This document shows, piece by piece, positions 60,751 to 60,925 of a stretch of 60,925 bases of DNA. Source of the DNA: Rickettsiales bacterium (GTDB taxonomy: Bacteria; Pseudomonadota; Alphaproteobacteria; Rickettsiales; UBA3002). Each line of letters begins with the position of its first letter. Positions within the stretch are counted from its first letter, which is position 1. Under the pieces are notes generated by a model that did not search any database, was not told where the DNA came from, and worked only from the letters and a program-made list of their open reading frames with translations. The translations under genes and the position numbers were made by a program. The DNA lies in contig JAIXZB010000028.1 in assembly GCA_027489915.1 (NCBI GenBank), positions 1 to 60,925 on the forward strand, read 5' to 3'.

Positions 60751-60925
60751 GAATCCCCGTTTTGCGTATTTCTTTGCCCCAGCACCATACCCGTAAGTAT
60801 TTGAATTGCAAGCCGTGTGGATGAATTAATTACAAGTAATGTTAGCCCCGATTGACAAGTAATGGGGGGGAGGCTACATCCCTAGTACTTAAAAAAACTA
60901 ATAAAACATCGTTCGGAGACTTAAA

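Overview
This is a compact, almost fully coding 60.9-kb chromosomal segment. The gene set points to an alphaproteobacterium: divK-pleD, a truncated HprK plus PTS-Ntr genes beside rpoN-hpf, lptCAB, olsB-olsA, pdhA-pdhB-pdhC-lpdA, and COQ9- and NDUFA9-like genes. I call 66 CDS (two are outside the ORF track: tatA below its length cutoff, tatC running off the left edge) and one tRNA-Leu(CAG). I also call three intrinsic terminators and one sigma70-like tRNA promoter. I saw no rRNA, CRISPR array, transposase, integrase or prophage genes. Most genes are ordinary housekeeping: Tat export, argS, acs, LPS transport, the PDH complex, eno, kdsA, pyrG, trpEGDC, gltX, def-fmt and dapDE. The unusual content is a handful of orphan genes wedged into seams of otherwise conserved gene blocks:
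- a 370-aa N/S/G/aromatic repeat protein upstream of divK;
- a solitary CpaF/TadA-type secretion ATPase between rpoN and hpf;
- a 636-aa, visibly AT-richer protein with a GYSRG serine-hydrolase motif next to tRNA-Leu;
- a two-gene cassette of a 228-aa orphan plus a DUF2798-like membrane protein behind an AT-rich leader;
- a LITAF-like split zinc-ribbon membrane protein and a SIMPL/DUF541-like protein inside the pdh cluster;
- an 861-aa Pro/Ala-rich protein with glycine-zipper segments between ftsB and pdhA;
- a solitary FlgC-like rod protein.
Two of the orphans have perfect TTAA-N7-TTAA (CtrA-box) motifs just upstream. argS carries a diverged in-frame 165-bp tandem duplication. All product calls rest on motifs and architecture I recognise by eye and on gene context. 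No database search was possible, and I cannot demonstrate a defined novel multi-gene system from the sequence alone.
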